A stretch of 61,562 nt of DNA, counting the filler, from Globobulimina sp. (lineage: Eukaryota): the NCBI GenBank assembly GCA_003354225.1. It is 18 parts of 18 records of this genome, joined end to end, with 100 filler letters (N's around TTAATTAATTAA, not from the genome) between each part and the next. Parts side by side here need not be neighbours in the genome. Positions count along the whole stretch, not along the records: positions 1 to 3,328 come from PIVH01003072.1; positions 3,429 to 6,756 come from PIVH01003073.1; positions 6,857 to 10,184 come from PIVH01003074.1; positions 10,285 to 13,612 come from PIVH01003075.1; 14 more parts are not named here. The stretch is one strand, 5' to 3'. Made by a program: the position numbers and the translations under genes. Within the stretch, counting starts at the first letter, position 1. Every line of letters starts with the position of its first letter. The notes beneath the pieces are model-generated. The model made no database searches, was not told the origin of the DNA, and was given only the letters and a program-made list of their open reading frames with translations. Positions 1 to 10,520 of the stretch are shown here, piece by piece.

Positions 1-139
1 AATTCTGATTTGTTCTCGGACCGTTTATAAATAATCTCCTTCGGTTTCTTGAAAAAGTATCCCTCGGCTTCGCCTCGCAAATAACTTTTTCAGAAACCTC
101 AGGGACATTATACAATAAATGTACGAAATCAAACAAATT
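1..139. repeat. Imperfect ~140-nt fold-back (MITE-like hairpin) centred on CTCGGCTTCGCCTCG
   Basis: Left arm GGTTTCTTGAAAAAGT (43-58) pairs with right arm ACTTTTTCAGAAACC (84-98). Weaker pairing continues outward to the contig start. Confidence 0.6.
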
Positions 140-226
140 AGCTGACAAACACCTTTAAGCTTATTTTTTACACACAAAGAAAAAGGCATTCTGCCAGAAA
201 AGCAAGAATATTTTTATTTGAATTTG

Positions 227-2165
227 TTACTTTTCAAATATTGTTCTCCTATATTTTTCAACAACAAACAAATCCAAAATGAATGCAGTAATAACTAAGA
301 TCAAAGCAAGTGGCGTATCGTATGATGTATTTATGGAACCAATCTGCATCATACCCATCATAATAGGTACACAAATACACATAATTGCATTGGTACTCGA
401 TGTCTCGGCCACAGGAAATGATATTTCCGCCAACAACTCAAAATAAATTGGTGTTGCCAATCCAAAATTTAATCCGATACCAAAACAAACGCAAAATAAC
501 GCTGCAAATCTTAATTCGTAATTGTCAATAAATATAAATGAATCATTATTTTCTAATAAACAATTTGGTATTAACAAGAAAGCAATGCCAAACCATACAA
601 CATCCATAAACTGAAAGAAAATAATACATTTTTTCAATTGTCCACTAAAGTATTTATCAATCACAAAACCACCAACAAGCGCACCAATAATTTGAGCAAA
701 CATCGAAAACGCTCCAATATATCCAATCAATGTTTGTGAAATGCCAATTGGTGATAACATATCTTGTAAAATGGAGCACCATCCACTCGTTACACCGGTA
801 TTAAGTCCGCCTGCAATCAATAATAATAAACATGATTTATCTCTTTTTATATCAAATAAATATTTAAAATCTTTATACAAAAACATCATATATTGTTTGA
901 AATTCGATTTACTTAAAAATGTAGCACAGGAATTAACAAAATGGAATGATTCTAACTCAATGAGCATGCAACTTGATGCAAGGGATGATATCCAGAAACA
1001 AAAACATTTCTCATTGTCGAATTAGTATCGGTAACATTACCGAAAATGTTTTCTGTCTCTGCATATTATTCAACACAACCATAGCTATCCACTGCAAATT
1101 TATAATTCCTGTACTACGTATACCTTAATTCTGTATTGCTTGCAGTCGATTCCCTCGATTGTGTAATATCATCAGTCAGATTTGAATGGTTCATTACATC
1201 GCCACTGCCATTCCCCAAAATATGAAATTTATCTGCAACATCATCGCCAACTGAATCTGTACAGATATCGTCCGCATCAACTTCCTTGTTTATAATGTTA
1301 ATATTGCTTTTATTTACAGTCAACATTTGTTTTGTTTTGGGAGTAATTATTTTGTTGCGATGTTCATTGTCTTGCAACAAATGTGAAGAGGACATGGTGG
1401 ATATTTTCGAGGCCAATGTCGGGAATACTTTTGGATGCGGCGGGAAATATATAAATACTGTGCAACAGAGCAAAAACGATGTTGTTAATACTGTAAATAA
1501 TAAATGTGAGACATATGCGGAATGTTTGACTACGAGCGGTGGTATAAAATATGCCAAGCACTGACCAAGATTGCCGATGGTTGCAGCAATTCCTGTGATC
1601 ATATTTCTTTCGTGTTTGTGGAACCAGATCACACTTATTTTTGCTGGACTGCTGAGAAATAATGGCGCTGCAAAACAGTTGACGACGGCACCGATATATA
1701 GCCATATTAAAGTATTACAAAATGAACCGTCAATATGGTACTTGTAATGGAATGTGGATTGTAATTTTTGTAGAGATAATACAGATGGAATACATATAAA
1801 TAACATCCCGATAAATGCAGATGATGCAGCCACTCGCATTGAAACTTGAAATCCAATTACCGGATATCTTAGGATGTACACAGCGACCGGTGCAGTGAAA
1901 AAAAATACAAATGGGCCCAGCGATAATATTGTTGCGATTTGACGGTTCACACTGCCGGATGCAGGTGTCGGTAATTGGTAATATTCTTGGGCTTGACTCG
2001 TGATACTACCAAAGATAAACCAGTTTATCGTGAATTGGGTGCCAATCCATCCTAAGACAGACACAATAAAAACATATAGATTCACAGACTTCACATTGTT
2101 TTCACGTATATCAAAGTAACAATACCATAAACAAGCAGGATATACCAACGAAGGGCTGTTGCCAT
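227..2165 (-). CDS. MFS transporter, FLVCR/SLC49-like, spliced
   Basis: ATG 2165; intron 2125-2052 (GTATTG...CTTAG) gives MATALRWYILLVYGWIGTQF, an FLVCR-like TM1. Motif 'SPAKISVIWFHKHERNMITG' and C-half 'IYFELLAEISFPVAE' are present. At least one more intron lies between ~1123 and ~970; its acceptor is unresolved. Confidence 0.8.
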
Positions 2166-2214
2166 GTCAAGTGTGTGTTAACTAGATAAGTTTTGATAAA
2201 TAACCCCGGTTTAA

Positions 2215-2943
2215 TTAAATGTTATTTTCGAAATATTCATGAGTGAAATTAGCTTTTTCTAATTTCCAAAAATAATCATGTGAATCCCAATGATCTTCAT
2301 TATGATCTTCATTTTTTTCCAATTTGATATTGATGACATAGTCAATGATAATACCATAAATGTCAATGATGTCAATTTCATATTCCTTTAATACATATTG
2401 GAGCATTAAATAACAATCACCATACACATTCCACTCGATATTTTGCTTTCGTTTCTCTAATTTATCACATCCCAGAAAGTCACAACCAATGTCTTGTTTA
2501 TGTTCGATGACATGACCTAAGTTAGAATCAGCATATTCCAATAAAGAATTTTTTGTTGCAATTAATCTCAATGCCAGATATGTTTGATTTGTGTCCTGAT
2601 CGATACACCGAACAATTTTCCAATGTCAGACCGAATATTTATAATAATGGTAACAACTTGAATATGGATTTCCATTTTCTGGCCCATAATGAAACACACA
2701 TTGATAGTGTTTAATAATACCCTCATTAATATTATTTTTAGTTGCAGTTAATTCCAATGTCATAACACCGCCCGGACTTTGACTGCCCGCAGATCTGCCT
2801 ATTCTCCATATTGCCAGTATTTCATTCATTGATTTTATGTCACATTTCAATTCCGTTTCATTGCGATGACGTATAAAATCTGAGTATAATATCCTGCTGT
2901 TTTTAACTGAGATACAATCAGTCTGAGAATTACAACAACCCAT
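2215..2943 (-). CDS. Hypothetical protein with N-terminal MGCC acylation motif; reading frame interrupted by one in-frame TGA
   Basis: ORFs 2626-2949 and 2215-2571 are the same frame, joined by 18 sense codons after the TGA at 2628-2626. Confidence 0.55.
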
Positions 2944-3005
2944 TTTCAACTTTGCGGTACAATTTTGTTAGAAAACACGTTACTTTCATTGCATCTGCAC
3001 ACAAT

Positions 3006-3328
3006 ATGCGTTGTGTTGACTCAAAGGCAATTGATGATGAAACAACAAATGAGACAAATTATAAACAAGACGAAATTAATATAAATTTATTCAAGCAAAC
3101 TGAAATGAATTGTAATCATACAACAACTCATATTATCCATAACTGTCAACATTTACAACGATTAGCATTTGCATTAAAATATTACAATAATAAGAATAAA
3201 TCAGTGAAAGAATGGAGTGATTTTTGTTTGACTGTGTATGGTGTTTTTGTGTTGGATGATTATTATCATTTATTAGCAACACATAGCAACGAATTGGATG
3301 AAGTTAAAAGAGAATTAATTGAAAAATA
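3006..3328 (+). CDS. Hypothetical protein, 3'-truncated; Cys/His domain shared with 17140-19675
   Basis: 'IIHNCQHLQRL...VLDDYYHLLATH' aligns with 'VINCQSLSRI...LLNDFYHIKYHH'. The ORF runs into the linker. Confidence 0.55.
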
Positions 3329-3428
3329 NNNNNNNNNNNNNNNNNNNNNNNNNNNNNNNNNNNNNNNNNNNNTTAATTAATTAANNNNNNNNNNNNNNNN
3401 NNNNNNNNNNNNNNNNNNNNNNNNNNNN
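3329..3428. other. Artificial contig-joining linker (first of 17)
   Basis: 44 N + TTAATTAATTAA (stops in all six frames) + 44 N. The other linkers start at 6757, 10185, 13613, 17040, 20467, 23894, 27320, 30746, 34172, 37597, 41022, 44447, 47871, 51294, 54717 and 58140. Confidence 0.99.
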
Positions 3429-3940
3429 TTTCCGGGTGTTTCTAATGTAGATAACCCGTTAAGTGTTGTAATGATTGCATCCAATGTTTGGTTGGTTTGT
3501 TGTAAATGATTGATTACATTTTTTGAACTTTTTGAAAATGCGAAAATTGGCAGATTGTGATTATTATTTTTAGGACAAATTGGCTGTGCATAAGTAACAT
3601 ACTGTAAACCTTTCAATTTTGGATTTTTTTGTAAATCTGGATAATGCCAGTTTTTATCAATTTTTTTATTTGCATCAAATAAACATTGTGGAATCCAATG
3701 AATTACATTGTGTCCATTTGATAATAAATATTCTGTGATGGATAACAATGAAATTTGTGATCCAGGCACAGGGATATAAATATCCTGCGCGCTGTTAACG
3801 TTTATCAATAACAATGTTAGTTTTTTTGATTGTGATTGCAATTCGTCAGCAATGTCCATTGTAATGCTTTTGTTATAAACATAAATGCTCCAAAAACATA
3901 CTACGATTGAAATCAGTATCGATATCCAACGAGTAAACAT
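3429..3940 (-). CDS. Probable family-1 (UDP-)glycosyltransferase N-terminus with signal anchor, 3'-truncated
   Basis: N-terminal hydrophobic anchor; 'IPVPGSQISLLSITEYLLSNGHNV' resembles the GT1 'P.GH..P...l...L..rGH.V' motif; later 'DAII'. Confidence 0.5.
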
Positions 3941-4383
3941 TTTTCAATTTCAAAGTTATCAAATAATTCAATTAAACTTATTTAATTTGATGATTTGATA
4001 AAAGTGTCTCTTGGATTAGTTGTATGTAAAGACTAATAATAGAATCTAAATAAAGAATTATTTCATAATCCCATAATTAAACAAACCACCAATAAATATT
4101 AAATGCCATTTGCTCAACATCGGAAGTCATATTTCTTCCTTTTGTCTTTCAACAGTGAACCATAATATATTTTATAAACAACTGGTCCATGCGGTATACT
4201 TTAGATGTATTTATTTTCGCAGTGTACTTTATTTAATTATAGCCAAGGACGCGCCCCCTCGACGTTACCAGCCTCGATATTGGAAAACACAAAGAGCAAC
4301 GCGTAGTTTACGAAGTGCATGGAGGAGACGTGAAACATCGATCTCTCTAAAATACGTACATGTAACGCAACAATGTCAATACA

Positions 4384-5463
4384 TTACATAAACGAAGGCT
4401 TCATTGAATCACCTTTTTGAATGAACACATCATAGTTAGTGTGAACAGCGGCCATTCCAAAATAAACAGAGTCATGGAATTTCTCATCAAAACCTAAATG
4501 TTTGCCACTTCTAAATTGTCTTAAAGTCATTGTTGGTTCATGATTCTTATCCATTTTACCTGAATTTTGATCAATTGTTGGCATTATACATCGTGGTATC
4601 GGTGCACGTAAATAAAATGTTGTCCCTTTACTATCATTGTCATGTTCCAATTTAGCAATTCTATGCTCTATAAATGCCTCATTTAAATCTGATTCAATTA
4701 CAATATTCGGCCGAAATTGATGTATTTCAATTGGATCCAAATTTTTTTCCCGTAATCTTCTATTAATTTCATCCAATGACGAATCTGAAGCAAGTTGTAA
4801 TGGAAACGCGTCGGTATACGGCGGTGTTGCTGAATCAATTACATTTTGAGGCACATTTTTGTTGGAAATGGCAATTTCCGGCTCTGTATTATGTAAACCA
4901 CGCTGATATGTGGAAGATACGCGCATCAATCGATATTCTTTGGTTTCTTTATCATTATTAATATTCAAATAATGCGTTAACCATTTTGCTATTTCATCGC
5001 CTTGATCAATGCCATCCACTTTGTCCAACCACACTGTAATATTTTTCACTTGATTGTTTTCATCAAATTCGTCGTTTATTGCCACAAAAATATCGTCCAT
5101 CTGCGGTGCGCAAAATGTAATCCCTTTGACAGAGTCCATCCCATTCATTCCATGGATACCATCCGCATTTACAAAATCTAATGTTACGGAAATAAATGTC
5201 ATCGTATTTACCTCGCGTTGACTCACACGTCGCTTCGTTTTGGGTGAATAAATTAGCCATTCACGGTCATATTTCATTCCATATTTACTTAATTTCCATC
5301 TTTTGACTTCAATTCCTTTGCACGATTTTACTGGATATATATAAAGCGATTTAATTTTAATATTTGGGTCCCGGCTTTTCCATTTTTCCCATAAATTGTA
5401 TAAAACATAGCTTGCAATCACAACAGATGCAATACAGAATGTTTTGCCCACCGTGTCAGACAT
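4384..5463 (-). CDS. MOSC-domain protein (mARC-like molybdoenzyme) with N-terminal TM
   Basis: 'LYIYPVKSCKG', 'DREW', 'DAFPL', 'FRPNIV' and the Moco-ligating 'RCIMPTID' motif. Confidence 0.9.
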   Translation of the reverse strand: MSDTVGKTFCIASVVIASYVLYNLWEKWKSRDPNIKIKSLYIYPVKSCKGIEVKRWKLSKYGMKYDREWLIYSPKTKRRVSQREVNTMTFISVTLDFVNADGIHGMNGMDSVKGITFCAPQMDDIFVAINDEFDENNQVKNITVWLDKVDGIDQGDEIAKWLTHYLNINNDKETKEYRLMRVSSTYQRGLHNTEPEIAISNKNVPQNVIDSATPPYTDAFPLQLASDSSLDEINRRLREKNLDPIEIHQFRPNIVIESDLNEAFIEHRIAKLEHDNDSKGTTFYLRAPIPRCIMPTIDQNSGKMDKNHEPTMTLRQFRSGKHLGFDEKFHDSVYFGMAAVHTNYDVFIQKGDSMKPSFM

Positions 5464-5642
5464 TACTTTTATTTGTATATTATACAAAAAGGATTTTTAG
5501 ATTAAAGTAAAAAAACAGCATTCTACTCAACATCATATATCAGTGCAAGTCTTGCTAATCCAGCAACTAAGCCGTTTGAAAGAGATTCTTTTGTGTATCA
5601 CTGCGATCAAAATAGGATACCACACAAAGAATAATCTAAACA

Positions 5643-6401
5643 ATGCCCGTTAAAACAAGAATATGTTTATTCTCGGAGGAGAAAATTTATCCAGGCCATG
5701 GAGTGTCATTTGTACGTCGCGATGGTAAAAAATTAACATTTTTAAACTGTAAGAACAGACATTTGTTTCTTTCTGGAAGGAAAGCATTGAAACATAGATG
5801 GACCAAAGCATGGCGCCGTGCACATAAAAAGGAATCCATTTTAAGATCGGTGAGGAAGGACAGAGGGCGAAAAACAATGAAGTACGTGTTTGAAATTTGA
5901 ATATAAATTGTCCGATTTTGCGTGATTTGTCATCAAAAATCTATAAAAACTAAAAAAATATTACTCCACAGATCCGAGAGAGGAATTTGTGGCTTATCAT
6001 TACAAGAATTGCTACGTAGAAAAAATGAAACCGCTGAACAGAGGAAAAAAGCCGCCGACGCCAAAAAAGCAGGAGCCGCAGCAAGAAGACCAACGACCAA
6101 AGCCGAGAAAAAGAAGAGTTTAAACCTTCGATTGTATGCATTAAGAAAAAAGAATAGAGAGAAAGAGGAAGAAATTGCAAAAAAAGAAGGTGAGGCCAAA
6201 GCAAAAAGGGAAGCAAAAAATAAACCGAAACCTAAAAATAAACCGAAAAAGAAAGGAGGAGCAAAGCCTGCAAAGGGTGGCGCCAAAGGAGGCGCAAAGG
6301 GGGGAAAAGGCGGTGGCGACAAAGCTGGAGGAAAAGCTAAAAAAGCTGGAAAGAAAGGCGGTGGGAAAAAGGGCGGTGGAAAGCAACAATCAAAAAAATA
6401 A
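5643..6401 (+). CDS. RPL24: 60S ribosomal protein eL24 with long K/G/A-rich tail; intron 5882-5971
   Basis: 'CLFSEEKIYPGHG..FVRRDGK', 'WTKAWRRAHKK'. Splicing the GT..AG intron gives 'KTMKSERGICGLSL'. Confidence 0.92.
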
Positions 6402-6976
6402 ATGACATTGTGACTTTATATAATTGTATTTCTGATTGACAAAGCAGTTAAGAATTGGTGGAACTTGAGCTCGGAAAACGTTTTTTGATTTCTTGTGGCT
6501 AAATAACTGTCGTGTTTCTCACATCGTAAAAGTATTTTGTTGCATATTGTCATATTTATATAATGGAGGATCAAATAACCTTAATTTCCACGGAGATTCG
6601 GAGACTTGCGTCCTTATTGAATTGCAGCGAAAGAGCAACAGAAGGAGCACAAATAAAAAAACTCCAAATACGATCCAACAACAAAGCAAAAGTACAAAGG
6701 CTTACCATCGTATGCCAGAGCAAAGTGATAATAAAATAAATAATTCGGCAAAACAANNNNNNNNNNNNNNNNNNNNNNNNNNNNNNNNNNNNNNNNNNNN
6801 TTAATTAATTAANNNNNNNNNNNNNNNNNNNNNNNNNNNNNNNNNNNNNNNNNNNNCTTGTTACTATGTTCAAATATGAATCCCAAAATAGGCGGTTTTT
6901 CACAACTGTGGCTTGTGAATATGCAAACCAAATAAGTTTTAAGATTTTCACGAAGTGAGCTAGTCGTCCTTTAATA

Positions 6977-9900
6977 ATGGAGTCGTCCTTTCTAAACTCT
7001 CAAGCATTCATTGGACGGATTCGACACGAGTTGCGTTTGTATGCGCAGTTGGTTCCTCTGATCAATAATCTGAACGACACTGGTATTTTAGATGAAATTA
7101 TCTTGGATTATCATCATTTTATGATTAATTATGATGAATGCTGCAAAGAGTATGGCTGTGTACCAGATCATATTAAACTAATTTGGAGAATCCATTTGAT
7201 TCATCCTTTTGTATATTTGCAAGATTGTATTAAACATTTTAATGGTATTATTCATCCAAAGCATGAAATATTTACATTTAATTCATTCAATATTAATGAT
7301 TACAAATACGATAAAAAACGGCATAATTCCGATGATAAATGTGATAAATTCACAAATATTAATTTAAAGCAGTCACTGTTAAATCAGTCAAACATATTCA
7401 TGACAGCCATGGTCAATGATACTGACTATTTTGAAGATGATGAGAATGTGAAACAAACCATTGCTGAATTTCGAAAGTTTATGACCTTAGTTAGTGCTCA
7501 AAATGGCAACACATTGACACCAATGATTCCTTCGCAGAGAGTGGACTTAATTTGGCATTCTCTAATGTTATATCCAAAGATATATGAAAAAGAGTGCAAA
7601 TATTTAACCAATACCTTTGTAATTCACGATGACTTTTTGTCACAACAAGAAATGCCAAAATATTGGCAAAACACTCAAAAAGAATATAATAAAACATTTG
7701 AAGTGGTTGGTAACAAGAAATATGATGTAAAATACATGAAATATATAATATGTTTTGCAGTGGTGTTTGTGTCATATATTTTATATTGTGATTATTCTAC
7801 AAACGGAGCTGGTCGACGCAGATTAATGGGCGCTTCAACAGACACAGCAACAGTTATTATTATTATTTGTGCTGTATTGATTACCTTGATTTTATTATGT
7901 GTTTTGATATATTATCGAGTATTTAAAGATATTTGTCAGATTGAAGGCTGTCTGGTTGTTTTGGATGATTACGAAGTGTATTATTATGCAAACGAGTCCT
8001 TCCCAGATAATTTATTGCATGCAAATGCCAGAACGGCTGCAAAAACCAATATTAATTATAATCCATTCCTCGTTTATAGCTATGCTGAATCCATAAATAA
8101 ATATGCAACAGTTTCATTATTGTTTGCTTCATCAACAACTGACAACAATCGCAAATGGAAAGTGGCATTCAGAAAGCAAGACAATCTCACAATTGGTATA
8201 CTTTATTCTGTGCCCAAAGCAATTTACTTTTATGCAGATAGCATATTACATGATTTTGAACAACGAGTCTCCGTTTTATGTGACAAGTTTATGGATAAAT
8301 TACCCGATTCCTTCAACAAATATGAAGAAGACTATGATGACACAGACGATTCAAATATTAATGAAATGCCGTTGTATATATTAACAATTCGCAGTAAAAC
8401 TATGTTTGTTGGATTGTTTGCTACATTTACTCGACAATATTCTTGGTTTAATTGCAAACATTGTTGTGAAAATAAACAAAAATCGAATCAAGAAAATGAA
8501 AAACGTATAACTAAAATGTTGCTATCTGAGCAACAAACGGAAAGCCGCAAGAAAACATTATTATTTTTAGGCAGTGCTGGATCAGGAAAATCAACGCTAT
8601 TCAAACAATTACAAATATTGCATGGAACGGGATATACAGAAACGGACAGATTACAATTTAAAGCTCATATTCATTCACAAATCATTCAAGAAATGAAACA
8701 ATGCATTGAATATATTGATGAATATAAAGACATTGAGTTAAGTGATAAAGCACAAACAGCTGCTGTCGAAATACAAAATTTGTCCACAATGACTGTAACA
8801 CCAAATGTTGCCAACTTAATTGAAATATTGTGGAAAGAAGAGGGCATTCAACGGATATATTCGTTGCGAGCCAGTACTAACATTGAAGAGTCCACTGCTT
8901 ATTTTTTCGAACAGGTTCAAAGAATATCGCAGTCGGACTATATTCCAAATGATAGGGACCTGTTATTGGTTCGATATCGCAGCACTGGAATTTGTGAACA
9001 AACACTGGAAATTAAGAACTTTACATTTTATAATATCGATGTTGGTGGACAGAAATCGGAGCGCAAAAAATGGATTCATTACTTTAATAATGTGAATGCT
9101 GTTATTTTTGTGGCGTCGTTGGCAAATTATGATGCGATAATGGACGACGATGCAGATAAGAATGCCATGGTGGATCAAATTGAATTGCTTGAAGCAATTT
9201 GTGACAATCAATATTTGAGAGAGATCCCAAGTATTTTAATGTTAAACAAAAAAGATTTATTTGCGGAGAAGATCCGCACTGTTCCAATTACTGTGTGTCC
9301 TGCGTTTGCATCGTTTGATGGAGATCCAACGTCGTATGATGAGAATATTCAATATATCGTTGACATATTCAAAGCGTGCAATAAAGATGAGTGGAGAGGC
9401 ATGTTCTCACATATTACCTGTGCTGTCGATAGGGATCACGTTGAAAAGGTATTCAATGACATACAGACAATGATTATTAACTGGTCATTACAGCGTGCCG
9501 GATTGTGTGGTGGTTATACGCCATCGATATCTATACCAAAACCGACATTTAAATTTAAAAAAAAAGTAAAAAAAAAGCAAATTGAAATGGAACAACTCGA
9601 ATTCAAAGAATATGACAAAGATACTGCTACAACAATTGACATAATTGATGACAGTGCAGAGATAGTAGCAATTGATAGTGATATTGTTGATGACTTTAAG
9701 GACGACTCTTTTTTGTATGAAGTGCCTGCTGCTCCGAGTGCTGTAGCTCCGGCTGTTCCTGGTGTTGCTGGATTTGATTATGAGCCAGAACCAGAAATAC
9801 ATGTTGCTCCGATGGAGGAGGATTTATTTTCGATGGATGATGTTTTTGAAGAAATTGAAAGGAAGGAAGTGGATAAGAGAGAGGAAAAAATGCGCAGAAA

Positions 9901-10184
9901 ACCAATGAAAAAGCGTATGAAAAAAGATGGGCTGCGAAAAAAAACAAAGGGAAAAAAAAGTAGAAAGAAAATGAAAGCTCCGTCAAAAGCAGTTACACCA
10001 CGGTCAAAACAGAAAATGAAAAAGAAAGAAAAGAAAAAATCGAGAAAAAGGCGATCATCAATTGAAGAAATTGAATTGGACTTCGTAGGTGATGCCGAAG
10101 ACGAATTGGATACAATGGCCATGGGCGTTGAGGAAGAAATGTTTGAAGAAGATATTGAACATGCACGTGTCGATTTCACGAATT
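6977..10184 (+). CDS. GRDP-like / 2xTM / heterotrimeric G-alpha fusion with charged C-terminal extension, 3'-truncated
   Basis: One stop-free frame of >1069 aa. It has 'PSQRVDLIWHSLMLYPKIY' plus a second 'IKLIWRIHLIHP' copy, two hydrophobic helices, and G1 GSAGSGKST, G2 RYRSTG, G3 DVGGQ, G4 NKKD, G5 TCAVD. Confidence 0.88.
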
Positions 10185-10520
10185 NNNNNNNNNNNNNNNN
10201 NNNNNNNNNNNNNNNNNNNNNNNNNNNNTTAATTAATTAANNNNNNNNNNNNNNNNNNNNNNNNNNNNNNNNNNNNNNNNNNNNTCTGATGCGTATAATA
10301 ATTGTTGCGACTCATTTTCTTGCTTCGTACGTGTTGATTGATGCTCGTTTGTTTTATGTGCAGTACGTACACTAATTTCGTTTTCCATATATTTTGCCTT
10401 TGATTTACGTGTGTAGAAGAAGTGTGAGTCAGTGAAATGAGTGAATAAGTTGTGAAGAAATGTGGTGGAAATGTTGAGTGTGAGTTACAGAGTAACTTTG
10501 AAGTTTTACTTTTTCTAAGA

